Origin: an uncultured Solibacteraceae bacterium
GTDB lineage: Bacteria; Acidobacteriota; Terriglobia; Bryobacterales; Bryobacteraceae
Length of the DNA stretch: 64,000 nucleotides
Direction of reading: 5' to 3'
Assembly (NCBI GenBank): GCA_964505625.1
Contig: CAZDIZ010000002.1
Coordinates: 9,803 to 73,802, forward strand
Both the position numbers and the translations under genes were made by a program. The notes below the pieces were generated by a model, which was not told where the DNA came from, made no database searches, and saw nothing but the letters and a program-made list of their open reading frames with translations. Below, one piece after another: positions 38,251-46,483 of the stretch (positions are counted from its first letter, which is position 1; each line of letters starts with the position of its first letter).

Positions 38251-39065
38251 ACTCGCCTCTCTCTCGCGTCCGCCATGTGGTGCTCGACATGGACGGAACG
38301 CTCTACAGTGGTTCGCGCTTGTTCGAAGTGACGCTGCCGTTTCTCGGTACGCTCGGCGCGCTCGGTATCGGGCGCACCTTTTTGACCAACAACACTTCAC
38401 GCAGCCGCGCCGACTACGTCGCCAAACTCAACAAGCTCGGCATTCCCGCGACCGGCGACGACATTTACACCGCGGCCGACTCAACCATCGCCTACCTGCG
38501 CGAACAACTTCCCGGCGTACGCCGCATCGCACTGCTCGGCACGCCCAGCCTGTGCGAGCAATTCGAGGAAGAAGGGTTCCAGGTGGACTGGGACATGCCG
38601 CAAGCCGTCGTCGCCGGTTTCGACACCACGCTCAACTACGAGCGCCTCTGCCGCACCGCTTGGTGGATCTCCCAAGGTCTGCCCTATCTGGCGACGCATC
38701 CCGATTACGTCTGCCCGACCAACGAGCCTACGGTGCTGGTCGATTGTGGCTCCATCTGTGCTTGCCTGAAAGCCGCTACCGGCCGTGAGCCCGTGGTGCT
38801 CGGCAAGCCCGATCCCGCGATTCTGCGCGCGTTGGCCGGCCGTCGCGGCGTCGAGGTGAGTGCTATGGCCATGGTCGGAGATCGCCTTTACACCGACATG
38901 GCCCTCGCCAAGTGTGCCGGGGCACTGGCGGTCTTGGTGCTTTCGGGCGAAGCCACGGCAGACGATGCCGCGCGCAGCGAGTTACCACCGGATCTGGTGA
39001 TGAAGGATGTGGGTGAGCTTGGACGCGCATTGACCCAGGCTCATGCAAAGGGATTTCGAGGATGA
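38247..39065 (+). CDS. HAD-IIA family phosphatase (NagD/AraL-like)
   Basis: VVLDMDGTLYSGSRLF...TFLTNNTSRSRADYVAKLNKLGI and MVGDRLYTDMALA motifs. ATGA overlap upstream. Confidence 0.8.
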   Translation: MNSPLSRVRHVVLDMDGTLYSGSRLFEVTLPFLGTLGALGIGRTFLTNNTSRSRADYVAKLNKLGIPATGDDIYTAADSTIAYLREQLPGVRRIALLGTPSLCEQFEEEGFQVDWDMPQAVVAGFDTTLNYERLCRTAWWISQGLPYLATHPDYVCPTNEPTVLVDCGSICACLKAATGREPVVLGKPDPAILRALAGRRGVEVSAMAMVGDRLYTDMALAKCAGALAVLVLSGEATADDAARSELPPDLVMKDVGELGRALTQAHAKGFRG

Positions 39066-40495
39066 ACGACGTTTACGACGTATTAGTGATCGGCGGTGGC
39101 ATCGTTGGCGCCGGCGTGGCGCGCGACGCCGCCATGCGCGGACTGCGCGTGAAATTGGTGGATCGTGCCGACTTCGCTTCCGGCACCAGCAGCCGGTCGT
39201 CGCGTCTGCTGCACGGCGGATTGCGATATCTTGCGCAAGGCCGCATCGGCCTGGTACGAGAAGCAAGCCACGAAAAGATGACGCTTTCGCGCATCGCGCC
39301 GCATCTGGCCGCGCCGCTGCCGTTTCTGTTTCCCACGCGCCGCCGCACGGAGTGGCAGCGCTGGAAACTGTCGATCGGTGTGCGCGTCTATGATCTGCTG
39401 TGCGGAACCGGCAACCTCGGGCGCTGTTCGACGCTCTCGACTTCGCGGATGCTCGCCACGCTTCCGGAACTCAACCCCGAACGTCTTACCGGAGGCGTGC
39501 GATACTTCGACGGTTTCACCAACGATGCGCGCCTGGTGATCGACACGCTGCGCTCGGCTGTCGCGCACGGCGCCGAAGTCGCCAGCTATTCGCGTTGGGT
39601 CGATGGCACGCGCGTGGACCGCATCTGGCGCTGCACGATCGCCGACGAGCGCACCGGCGCCGCAACCGAGATCCGCGCCCGCGGCGTCGTCAACGCGGCC
39701 GGGGCGTGGGCTTCGCGCATTCCGCACAGCCAGGTGCGGCTGCGTCTCACCAAAGGCGTGCACCTGGTCTTCGACCGCAAGCGGCTGCCGGTGCCCGAAG
39801 CCGTTGTACTCGCCGAACGGCGTCGCATTCTCTTTGCGATTCCGTGGGGCGAGCGCGTCATCGCCGGCACCACTGACACGGATTTCGAAGGCGATCCCGC
39901 CGATCCGCGAACCAACGCCGAAGATGTCGCATACGTTTTGAACGCCGTCAACGAGGCCTTTCCGGGCCTCCATCTCACCGCGCGCGACGTCATCTCCGAT
40001 TGGGCCGGTGTGCGTCCGCTCATCGCGCCTCGCCGCGCGCGCGCCGGAGCACCTAGCGACATCTCACGTTCGCACCAGATCCATATGAGCCAGCCGGGTT
40101 GGTTCGACGTCGCCGGCGGAAAGCTCACCACCTATCGGTTGATGTCCGAGCAAACTGTCGATCGCATCGGAGAGTATTGGAAGACTACGCTCGCGGTTTC
40201 CACCACCGCTTCCACGCCGCTCATCGAAACGCCGCCACGCTGGAGCGGCTTGGTGCCGCCGCCGTTCGAGCGTGACGTAGCTGCCGCTATTTGCGCCGAA
40301 GAGTGGCCCGAGCATCTGGACGACCTCATGTGCCGCCGCACCAGTTGGCATTTCTACTACGGTTATGACGAGCCGATGGTACGTACGGCCGCCGAATGGA
40401 TGGGTGCCGCATTGGGTTGGGATGCCGGACGAGTCAACCAGGAACTGGCGCGCTATACCGCGGCCTTAGCTCCCATCCCGCAAAGCACCTTATGA
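39062..40495 (+). CDS. FAD-dependent glycerol-3-phosphate dehydrogenase/oxidase-like enzyme (GlpD/EryB-like)
   Basis: YDVLVIGGGIVGAGVARDAAMRGLRVKLVDRADFASGTSSRSSRLLHGGLRYL is the GlpD-type N-terminus. ATGA overlap upstream. Confidence 0.8.
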   Translation: MNDVYDVLVIGGGIVGAGVARDAAMRGLRVKLVDRADFASGTSSRSSRLLHGGLRYLAQGRIGLVREASHEKMTLSRIAPHLAAPLPFLFPTRRRTEWQRWKLSIGVRVYDLLCGTGNLGRCSTLSTSRMLATLPELNPERLTGGVRYFDGFTNDARLVIDTLRSAVAHGAEVASYSRWVDGTRVDRIWRCTIADERTGAATEIRARGVVNAAGAWASRIPHSQVRLRLTKGVHLVFDRKRLPVPEAVVLAERRRILFAIPWGERVIAGTTDTDFEGDPADPRTNAEDVAYVLNAVNEAFPGLHLTARDVISDWAGVRPLIAPRRARAGAPSDISRSHQIHMSQPGWFDVAGGKLTTYRLMSEQTVDRIGEYWKTTLAVSTTASTPLIETPPRWSGLVPPPFERDVAAAICAEEWPEHLDDLMCRRTSWHFYYGYDEPMVRTAAEWMGAALGWDAGRVNQELARYTAALAPIPQSTL

Positions 40496-40505
40496 TGTAA
40501 GAGAC

Positions 40506-41756
40506 ATGCTGATTTTGGACAAATACTCGGTAGGTGTGGGTGATCGTTTCGCGCATCAGGCCAAGGCGCAGCTTGCCGCCTGCATGAAGGCCGCCGCGAA
40601 TGGTGTGGACGTGGTTCCGGTTTGGAATAAGTCTCACCGCGAGCACAGTATCGTCGGTTCCGAACCCATCAGCGCGCGCCGCGCCGCCGACGCCGCTGTC
40701 GCCGCGCTTGGCTGGAAGCGCAACTACTTCGTGGATGCCGACCACATCAACCTCGGCAACGTGGACGGTTTCTTGCCCGCCTGCGATTTCTACACCATCG
40801 ACGTCGCCTCCGCCATCGGCAAACCGGTGGAGGCTGCCGAGATCGATGCGTTCCTGGCGCGCCATCCGGAACTGACCGAAGCCATCGAGATCTCCGGAAT
40901 TGGCGAGCCTCTTAAGCTGTCGCGCGAAACCACCGCCGCCATCGCCGCCAAGTATCTCTTCGCGGTTCGCGAAGCCGGCCGCATCTATCGACATATCGAA
41001 GCAGGGAAGGGCGAGGGCAACTTCGTCACCGAAGTGTCGATGGACGAAACTGATTTGCCGCAAACGCCGCCCGAACTGCTGGTCATCCTGGCGGCCATCG
41101 CCGACGAGCGCATCCCCGCGCAAACCATCGCGCCAAAGTTCACCGGCCGCTTCAACAAGGGCGTCGATTATGTGGGCGACGTTGCACAATTTGAACGCGA
41201 GTTCTCGAGCGACATCGCCGTCATCGGCTATGCCGTGCCTCGCTACGGCCTGCCCGCGAACTTGAAGTTGAGCGTGCACTCGGGCAGCGACAAATTCTCC
41301 ATCTATCCGGCTATCCGCCGTTCGCTCGAGCAATCCGGCGCGGGAGTGCATTTGAAGACGGCCGGCACAACATGGCTGGAGGAGATCATCGGACTGGCCG
41401 AAGCTGGAGGCGACGGGTTGGCGCTGGCCAAGCGCGTGTACGCAACGGCCTTCGCCAATCGCGAAGCACTCTGCGAACCTTACGCGACGGTGATCGACAT
41501 CGATCCCGAACGTTTGCCCGCGCCCGCCGACGTGGATGGCTGGACCTCGGAGCAATTCACCAGCGCGCTGCGCCACGATCAGTCCTGCTCCGCCTACAAT
41601 CCCCACCTGCGTCAACTTCTGCACGTGGGTTACAAAGTGGCGGCGAAGATGGGATCGCGCTACCTGGACATGCTCAACGCCTGCGAAGAGTCCATCGCGC
41701 GCAACGTAACGCTAAACCTCTACGACCGCCACATCGCGCGCGTCTTCCCCGGTTAG
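40506..41756 (+). CDS. TIM-barrel protein resembling the tagaturonate/fructuronate epimerase (UxaE) family
   Basis: LKLSVHSGSDKFSIYP, HLKTAGTTWLEE and LLHVGYKVA match what I remember of UxaE-family signatures. The assignment is tentative. Confidence 0.5.
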   Translation: MLILDKYSVGVGDRFAHQAKAQLAACMKAAANGVDVVPVWNKSHREHSIVGSEPISARRAADAAVAALGWKRNYFVDADHINLGNVDGFLPACDFYTIDVASAIGKPVEAAEIDAFLARHPELTEAIEISGIGEPLKLSRETTAAIAAKYLFAVREAGRIYRHIEAGKGEGNFVTEVSMDETDLPQTPPELLVILAAIADERIPAQTIAPKFTGRFNKGVDYVGDVAQFEREFSSDIAVIGYAVPRYGLPANLKLSVHSGSDKFSIYPAIRRSLEQSGAGVHLKTAGTTWLEEIIGLAEAGGDGLALAKRVYATAFANREALCEPYATVIDIDPERLPAPADVDGWTSEQFTSALRHDQSCSAYNPHLRQLLHVGYKVAAKMGSRYLDMLNACEESIARNVTLNLYDRHIARVFPG

Positions 41757-42538
41757 CTGATGGTGGCCTGATCCTTCACGTCATCGTTCGCAAAACGCGG
41801 ACGGCTAGCGAATACGATCACGGCGATCATCACGCGGCACAGTTCCCGCATCTGGAGCTTCGCGTTAAGCCACAGAGCTTGCTCAAAAGTCTGTACCGGG
41901 AACCAGCCGCCTGGGTGCGGGCGTTCACCGTACGCGAAGATCGCGTAGCAGGAGCGGCTCAGATGCAGTGCGATGCCGATCAGGCTCATGACGATCGCCG
42001 CCGCCGCGATTCTAGTCAGCGACTTTGGCCAGGTCGATGAATCTGTTTGAGGCCGTCCTTTTTGTTGCCAAAGTGCGAGCAGGACGAACAGGAGCGCCAG
42101 TTGAGAAATCGGCGCCATCGAACTCTCAATCCACGACCAAGTATTCGGGTGCGATAGCCAGCTCCAGATGTTTGCGGCTGTTGTTTCTCCACCCCATGAG
42201 CGGAGATCTCGCCAGTCGTGCAGCGCTGGCAACAGCACTCGATAGAGGTCTGGCACCGTGAAGAACAAACCGTGAACCAGCGCCGTCCCCAAGGCCAGCT
42301 TGCGCATGGGTGCCGTTATCGTAACTGTGGTGCTTGTTCTGAACAGCAAGTAGAGAAGGATGGGCAAGGGCAGCACGAACAGTAAATCGCACACCCATAT
42401 GGCGACGTGGACCCCGCTTACGTGTGCCGACAGCAGAAATAGCACTCTGAACTGCCACGCCAGCCAATGGCTTCGCGCCAGTGCCAGTACAATCGCGGCG
42501 GCCAGCGCGGTGTTCCCAAGCCAATGCTTCGCGCGCAT
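41753..42538 (-). CDS. Hypothetical polytopic membrane protein
   Basis: 261 aa with about 7 hydrophobic segments and somewhat lower GC. Convergent 4-nt overlap with the previous gene. Confidence 0.55.
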   Translation of the reverse strand: MRAKHWLGNTALAAAIVLALARSHWLAWQFRVLFLLSAHVSGVHVAIWVCDLLFVLPLPILLYLLFRTSTTVTITAPMRKLALGTALVHGLFFTVPDLYRVLLPALHDWRDLRSWGGETTAANIWSWLSHPNTWSWIESSMAPISQLALLFVLLALWQQKGRPQTDSSTWPKSLTRIAAAAIVMSLIGIALHLSRSCYAIFAYGERPHPGGWFPVQTFEQALWLNAKLQMRELCRVMIAVIVFASRPRFANDDVKDQATIS

Positions 42539-42550
42539 CGTAACTCGCGG

Positions 42551-43795
42551 TTACGCTTTCACGGGCAGTTCGTAGCCTTTGCGGCGCGGGCGGTTCACCA
42601 GTCGATTGGCTTCCTTGTCGCCCACGAAGCGCTCCTTGGCCGGATTCCATTGGAGCTTGCGGCCCAAGTGCCGCGTGATGTTGGCCAGATGGCCGATGCT
42701 CACCGAGCGGTGTCCGATCTCGACATCCGCTGCCGGTTTCTCGCGCGTGCGGATGCAGTCCAGCCAGTTCTCCATGTGGAAGCGCGCCTGCCACAACGCC
42801 ACTTCGTCGCGCCACTTCTGCACTTCTTCGCGGCTCGGCAGACTCTTGATCATGCCGCGCGGCTCGGTCTTGAAATTGTTACGGATGATTTCGATCTTGC
42901 CCTTTTCGCCGATGAACACCGCACCGCCCATGACGGGACCCGATGGAAGTTCCATGCGCACGGTGACACCGTTGGCGTAACGGAATCCAACCGAGTCTTT
43001 CGGTCCGTCTTCAAGCGGCCACCATTCCACCGGACCGGTGCCGTCCATGCCGAGCGCGCACTGAACCATGTCCAATCCGTGCGCCCCCCAGTTGGTCATC
43101 TCACCGCCTGAGTAGTCCCACCAACCCATCCATCCACGATGCAGTTGCTTGTTGTAGGGCTTCTTGGTGGTGAAGTTCTGCCACATATCCCAATTCAGGG
43201 TTTCCGGCGTCGCTTCTTCGGGAAGTCCCGCATAGCGCTTCGAACTGGTGTAGTTGCAGGTCTGCACCAACTTGATCTTGCCGAGTCCGCCATTGCGCAC
43301 GAACTCGCAGGCAATCCGGTTCATGGCCATGGACCGTTGCTGGCTGCCCACCTGGAACACGCGCTTGTACTTGCGCGCCGCTTTCACCAGCGCGCGGCCT
43401 TCCTCGATGTAGACCGTGAGCGGTTTTTCGGCGTACACGTCCTTGCCGGCCTGGCAGGCGTGTATCGACGTGAGTGTTCGTCCGTGGTCGTGCGTGGCGA
43501 TGATCACCGCATCGACATCCTTGCTGTCGAGCAGTTTGCGATAGTCGTCGTACAGCTTCCAGTTCGCCTTGCGCTTGGCGGCCGCGTCCTGGCAGCGTTG
43601 GAAGAAACAATCCGCCGCCGCGACGATTTGCCCTTTGTCGGGGAGTTGGTCGATTAGCAGGTTGCCGCGGCCGCCGGTGCCGATGATGCCGACGTTGATG
43701 CGATCGTTAGCGCCAAAAACGCTTCGTGGGATGAACAAAGGCGCGATTGCGGTTTGCAGCAACTGGCGCCGGCTTATCGATGGCTTGGATGTCAT
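42551..43795 (-). CDS. Tat-exported Gfo/Idh/MocA-family oxidoreductase
   Basis: MTSKPSISRRQLLQTAIAPLFIP Tat signal. INVGIIGTGGRG Rossmann motif. VYAEKPL. Confidence 0.85.
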   Translation of the reverse strand: MTSKPSISRRQLLQTAIAPLFIPRSVFGANDRINVGIIGTGGRGNLLIDQLPDKGQIVAAADCFFQRCQDAAAKRKANWKLYDDYRKLLDSKDVDAVIIATHDHGRTLTSIHACQAGKDVYAEKPLTVYIEEGRALVKAARKYKRVFQVGSQQRSMAMNRIACEFVRNGGLGKIKLVQTCNYTSSKRYAGLPEEATPETLNWDMWQNFTTKKPYNKQLHRGWMGWWDYSGGEMTNWGAHGLDMVQCALGMDGTGPVEWWPLEDGPKDSVGFRYANGVTVRMELPSGPVMGGAVFIGEKGKIEIIRNNFKTEPRGMIKSLPSREEVQKWRDEVALWQARFHMENWLDCIRTREKPAADVEIGHRSVSIGHLANITRHLGRKLQWNPAKERFVGDKEANRLVNRPRRKGYELPVKA

Positions 43796-43861
43796 GTGGA
43801 TATCTTCCTAAAAGAGGTAGTCTAGCTCACCAATCGTTCTCATGCGCGTCAACGATAGAAT

Positions 43862-44689
43862 ATGAAGAGGATGACATCCGCTCGTTGCGTTACGATTGCC
43901 GCGTTGTTCACGCTTGCCCTTATCGCGCAGGATCCTGCGGACCTGTTCCAGAAGGCGCCGCCGGAAGTGGACCAGGCTCTGCGGGAGCGCGTCAGCGCGT
44001 TTCTGCAAGCGCACGTAGACGGCAAGTTCCGTCTTGCGGATCAGTACGTGGCCGAGGAAAGCAAAGACGCTTTCTTCGAAGCGCACAAACGACGCTACCA
44101 CGATTTTCAAATCGCCAAGATCACCTTTAGCGAACAGTACACCAAGGCTGTGGTTCTGGCTGCCTGCGGGACCGAAATGACCATCCCCGGACAGACGCGC
44201 CCGACGCCGGTGAAGATGCCGCTCAATATGTTTTGGAAAGTGATTGACGGCAAGTGGTTCTGGTACGTGCCTCCCGCGCCGCCCGCCCAGGAAACCCCCT
44301 TCGGTAAGATGAAGCCCGGACCGGATAGTCCGGTTGGCGGCAGTGCGGCCCCCGCGTTTGGCCAGGGGCCCACGCTTGCCCAACTGGGGCAATTCGTCGT
44401 CATCGACAAACGCGAAATGGACCTGACGGCAAGTCCAGCCGCCGTGGCGACGATCGTCAACAAGTTGCCGGGAAAGGCTACGGTTCACATCGAAGGGTCT
44501 GTTCCCGAAGGACTCGACGTGCAATTGGATCGAACGGAATTGAACGGCGGTGAAAGCGCCAAAGTAACGGTGAAGTTGGTAGACGCCGCCAAGTTGGTGT
44601 CACCTCCTTACACGGTGCGCGTGCGAGTCGATCCGCTCAATCAGACGATCGCTCTGAAGATCCTCACACCCCGGCCGGCCAAGAAGTGA
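43862..44689 (+). CDS. Secreted hypothetical protein
   Basis: Signal peptide MKRMTSARCVTIAALFTLALIAQ. No family recognised. Confidence 0.55.
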   Translation: MKRMTSARCVTIAALFTLALIAQDPADLFQKAPPEVDQALRERVSAFLQAHVDGKFRLADQYVAEESKDAFFEAHKRRYHDFQIAKITFSEQYTKAVVLAACGTEMTIPGQTRPTPVKMPLNMFWKVIDGKWFWYVPPAPPAQETPFGKMKPGPDSPVGGSAAPAFGQGPTLAQLGQFVVIDKREMDLTASPAAVATIVNKLPGKATVHIEGSVPEGLDVQLDRTELNGGESAKVTVKLVDAAKLVSPPYTVRVRVDPLNQTIALKILTPRPAKK

Positions 44690-44740
44690 TGTGAATGGCA
44701 TCCGGCGTGCTTTACCTCGGGTAGGAGGCATGTCCCGAAG

Positions 44741-45373
44741 ATGCTCACTTCCGTGAATGGCACCACCCAGGCGAGCGAGTGGTATGCCAGTTCGTTAGCC
44801 ACTGGAACGACCTCGTCGAGCGGTGCTAACACGTTTGAAGAACAACTGCTTAGCGTGATCGTCGAGTCGCTTGAGAAGGCGGCTGAGGACATCGGCGCGT
44901 CCGAGACCAAAACTACTCCAGCGGCGTCCCAAAACGAAACGGCGGAATCCGCCAAGAGCCAAATTCTTGCCACCTATTCGCGTTCGGTGGACGGAGAGTC
45001 GTCGGTTGCTTCCACGGAGGAAGTCGCCGCGAACGCGTCTGCCGTTGCCGAAACGGCTGTCGAGGCTACTCAAGCGGCTAGTTCTAACACGACCGCCGAG
45101 GAAACGACGACATCGACGGAGCCCGAAGTGCTTACCCGGTTGAAGGCGGCACTAGAAGCCGCGGGCCACGATCCGGCCGACTACAACCTTGTATATGAAG
45201 ATCAAACGGTGTGGTATCCGGGTGGCAATTACCAGAACCGGATCATCACCGCCACCTTTGCTGATGGCTATCAGGAAAGCTACGGGGCGGACCTGACCGA
45301 AGAATCGCCTAACGCCACGGTCATGTCGATCGAACACACGCTACGCGACATCGCCGCCGAAACGTATTCCTAA
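44741..45373 (+). CDS. Hypothetical acidic Ser/Thr/Ala/Glu-rich protein with a compact C-terminal domain
   Basis: About 130 residues of low-complexity acidic sequence, then YNLVYEDQTVWYPGGNYQNRIITATFADGYQESYG. No signal peptide. GC somewhat below the flanks. Confidence 0.45.
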   Translation: MLTSVNGTTQASEWYASSLATGTTSSSGANTFEEQLLSVIVESLEKAAEDIGASETKTTPAASQNETAESAKSQILATYSRSVDGESSVASTEEVAANASAVAETAVEATQAASSNTTAEETTTSTEPEVLTRLKAALEAAGHDPADYNLVYEDQTVWYPGGNYQNRIITATFADGYQESYGADLTEESPNATVMSIEHTLRDIAAETYS

Positions 45374-45382
45374 ACTGCCCGA

Positions 45383-46450
45383 CTACGGGATATCCACTAG
45401 CGGAACCACTACGTGCTTGATTTTCTTTCGGTTCCACGTGTAGGTGATGTGCAGGCTGCCGTCGCTGGCTTGGATCACCGCCGGGTAGGAGAACTCGCCC
45501 GGCTCGGTTTCCACCGCCAGAAAGTTGTTCCAACGTTCCCCATCGTGTGATACCGCCACGTTGAGCGGCGAACGGCCGCGCGGAGTGTGGTTGTAAACCA
45601 TCACGATGCGCCCGTCGCGTAGTCCCGTGGCATCGATGCCGCTATTGGGATTGGGCAACTCGCTCGGTTTGGCCGCTGTCCAGTTCACGCCGCCGTCCAC
45701 CGAATCTGAATAACAGATGTGGCCGACGTTCTGCGTGGCGCGCACAAACATACGAAGCTTCCCTTTTCCGAGAGGCACCACCGCCGGTTGGATGATGCCG
45801 TGCGTGCGATGCCAGTTCTCCGAACCTGGTACGGCCTTGACCGGCATGGGCACGCCCGGCGTAGCGGGAGCCGGTTCTTCCGGCATAATGGGGCCATGAC
45901 GCGTCCAAGTCTTTCCGTTGTCTCGACTTAGTTCCGCCCAGCACGACCACGAACGATAGCTCTCCACCGACGTGCCGCTCACGATGGTTCCGTTCTTCAA
46001 TACCAGGGGCTTGTTCTTGATCGGTCCGTAGATACCGGCCGGAAGGTGCTCCGGCGCCAGCCAGGTCTTCCCGTTGTCGAGGCTGGCTCGGCGCCCGGCG
46101 GTCCAGTTCTGCGGGTTAGGTCCGAACTTGTAGTAAAGCCACAGGGTTCCGTTGGCGGCTTTGAACAGAACCGGATTCCATGTCGGCGTGTTCGTTTCGC
46201 GCGCCATCTCGAACGGTTCGCTCCAACCGTCGTTACCGAGACGCGCACCCCAGATGGCGACGTCGTTGGCCCCCTCCTCGCGACCGCCGAACCAGGCAGC
46301 CATGAATTCGCCCGGCGCGGTTTCGACGATGGTGGACGCGTGGCAGGAAGGAAACGGTGCCTTTTCAAAAACGAAGTCGGCGCGGGGCGCCGCACTCAAA
46401 CTAGCGGCGGCCAGCGCCAAAACCGGAAGCAGGATTCTCTGTGAGAGCAT
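45383..46450 (-). CDS. BNR/Asp-box exo-alpha-sialidase-like protein (GH33-like), secreted
   Basis: Asp-boxes SLDNGKTW, SRDNGKTW and SVDGGVNW. Signal peptide MLSQRILLPVLALAAASLSA. Confidence 0.75.
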   Translation of the reverse strand: MLSQRILLPVLALAAASLSAAPRADFVFEKAPFPSCHASTIVETAPGEFMAAWFGGREEGANDVAIWGARLGNDGWSEPFEMARETNTPTWNPVLFKAANGTLWLYYKFGPNPQNWTAGRRASLDNGKTWLAPEHLPAGIYGPIKNKPLVLKNGTIVSGTSVESYRSWSCWAELSRDNGKTWTRHGPIMPEEPAPATPGVPMPVKAVPGSENWHRTHGIIQPAVVPLGKGKLRMFVRATQNVGHICYSDSVDGGVNWTAAKPSELPNPNSGIDATGLRDGRIVMVYNHTPRGRSPLNVAVSHDGERWNNFLAVETEPGEFSYPAVIQASDGSLHITYTWNRKKIKHVVVPLVDIP

Positions 46451-46483
46451 TTCTCCTCCAGCCTACAATCTTCCAGGAGTCCA

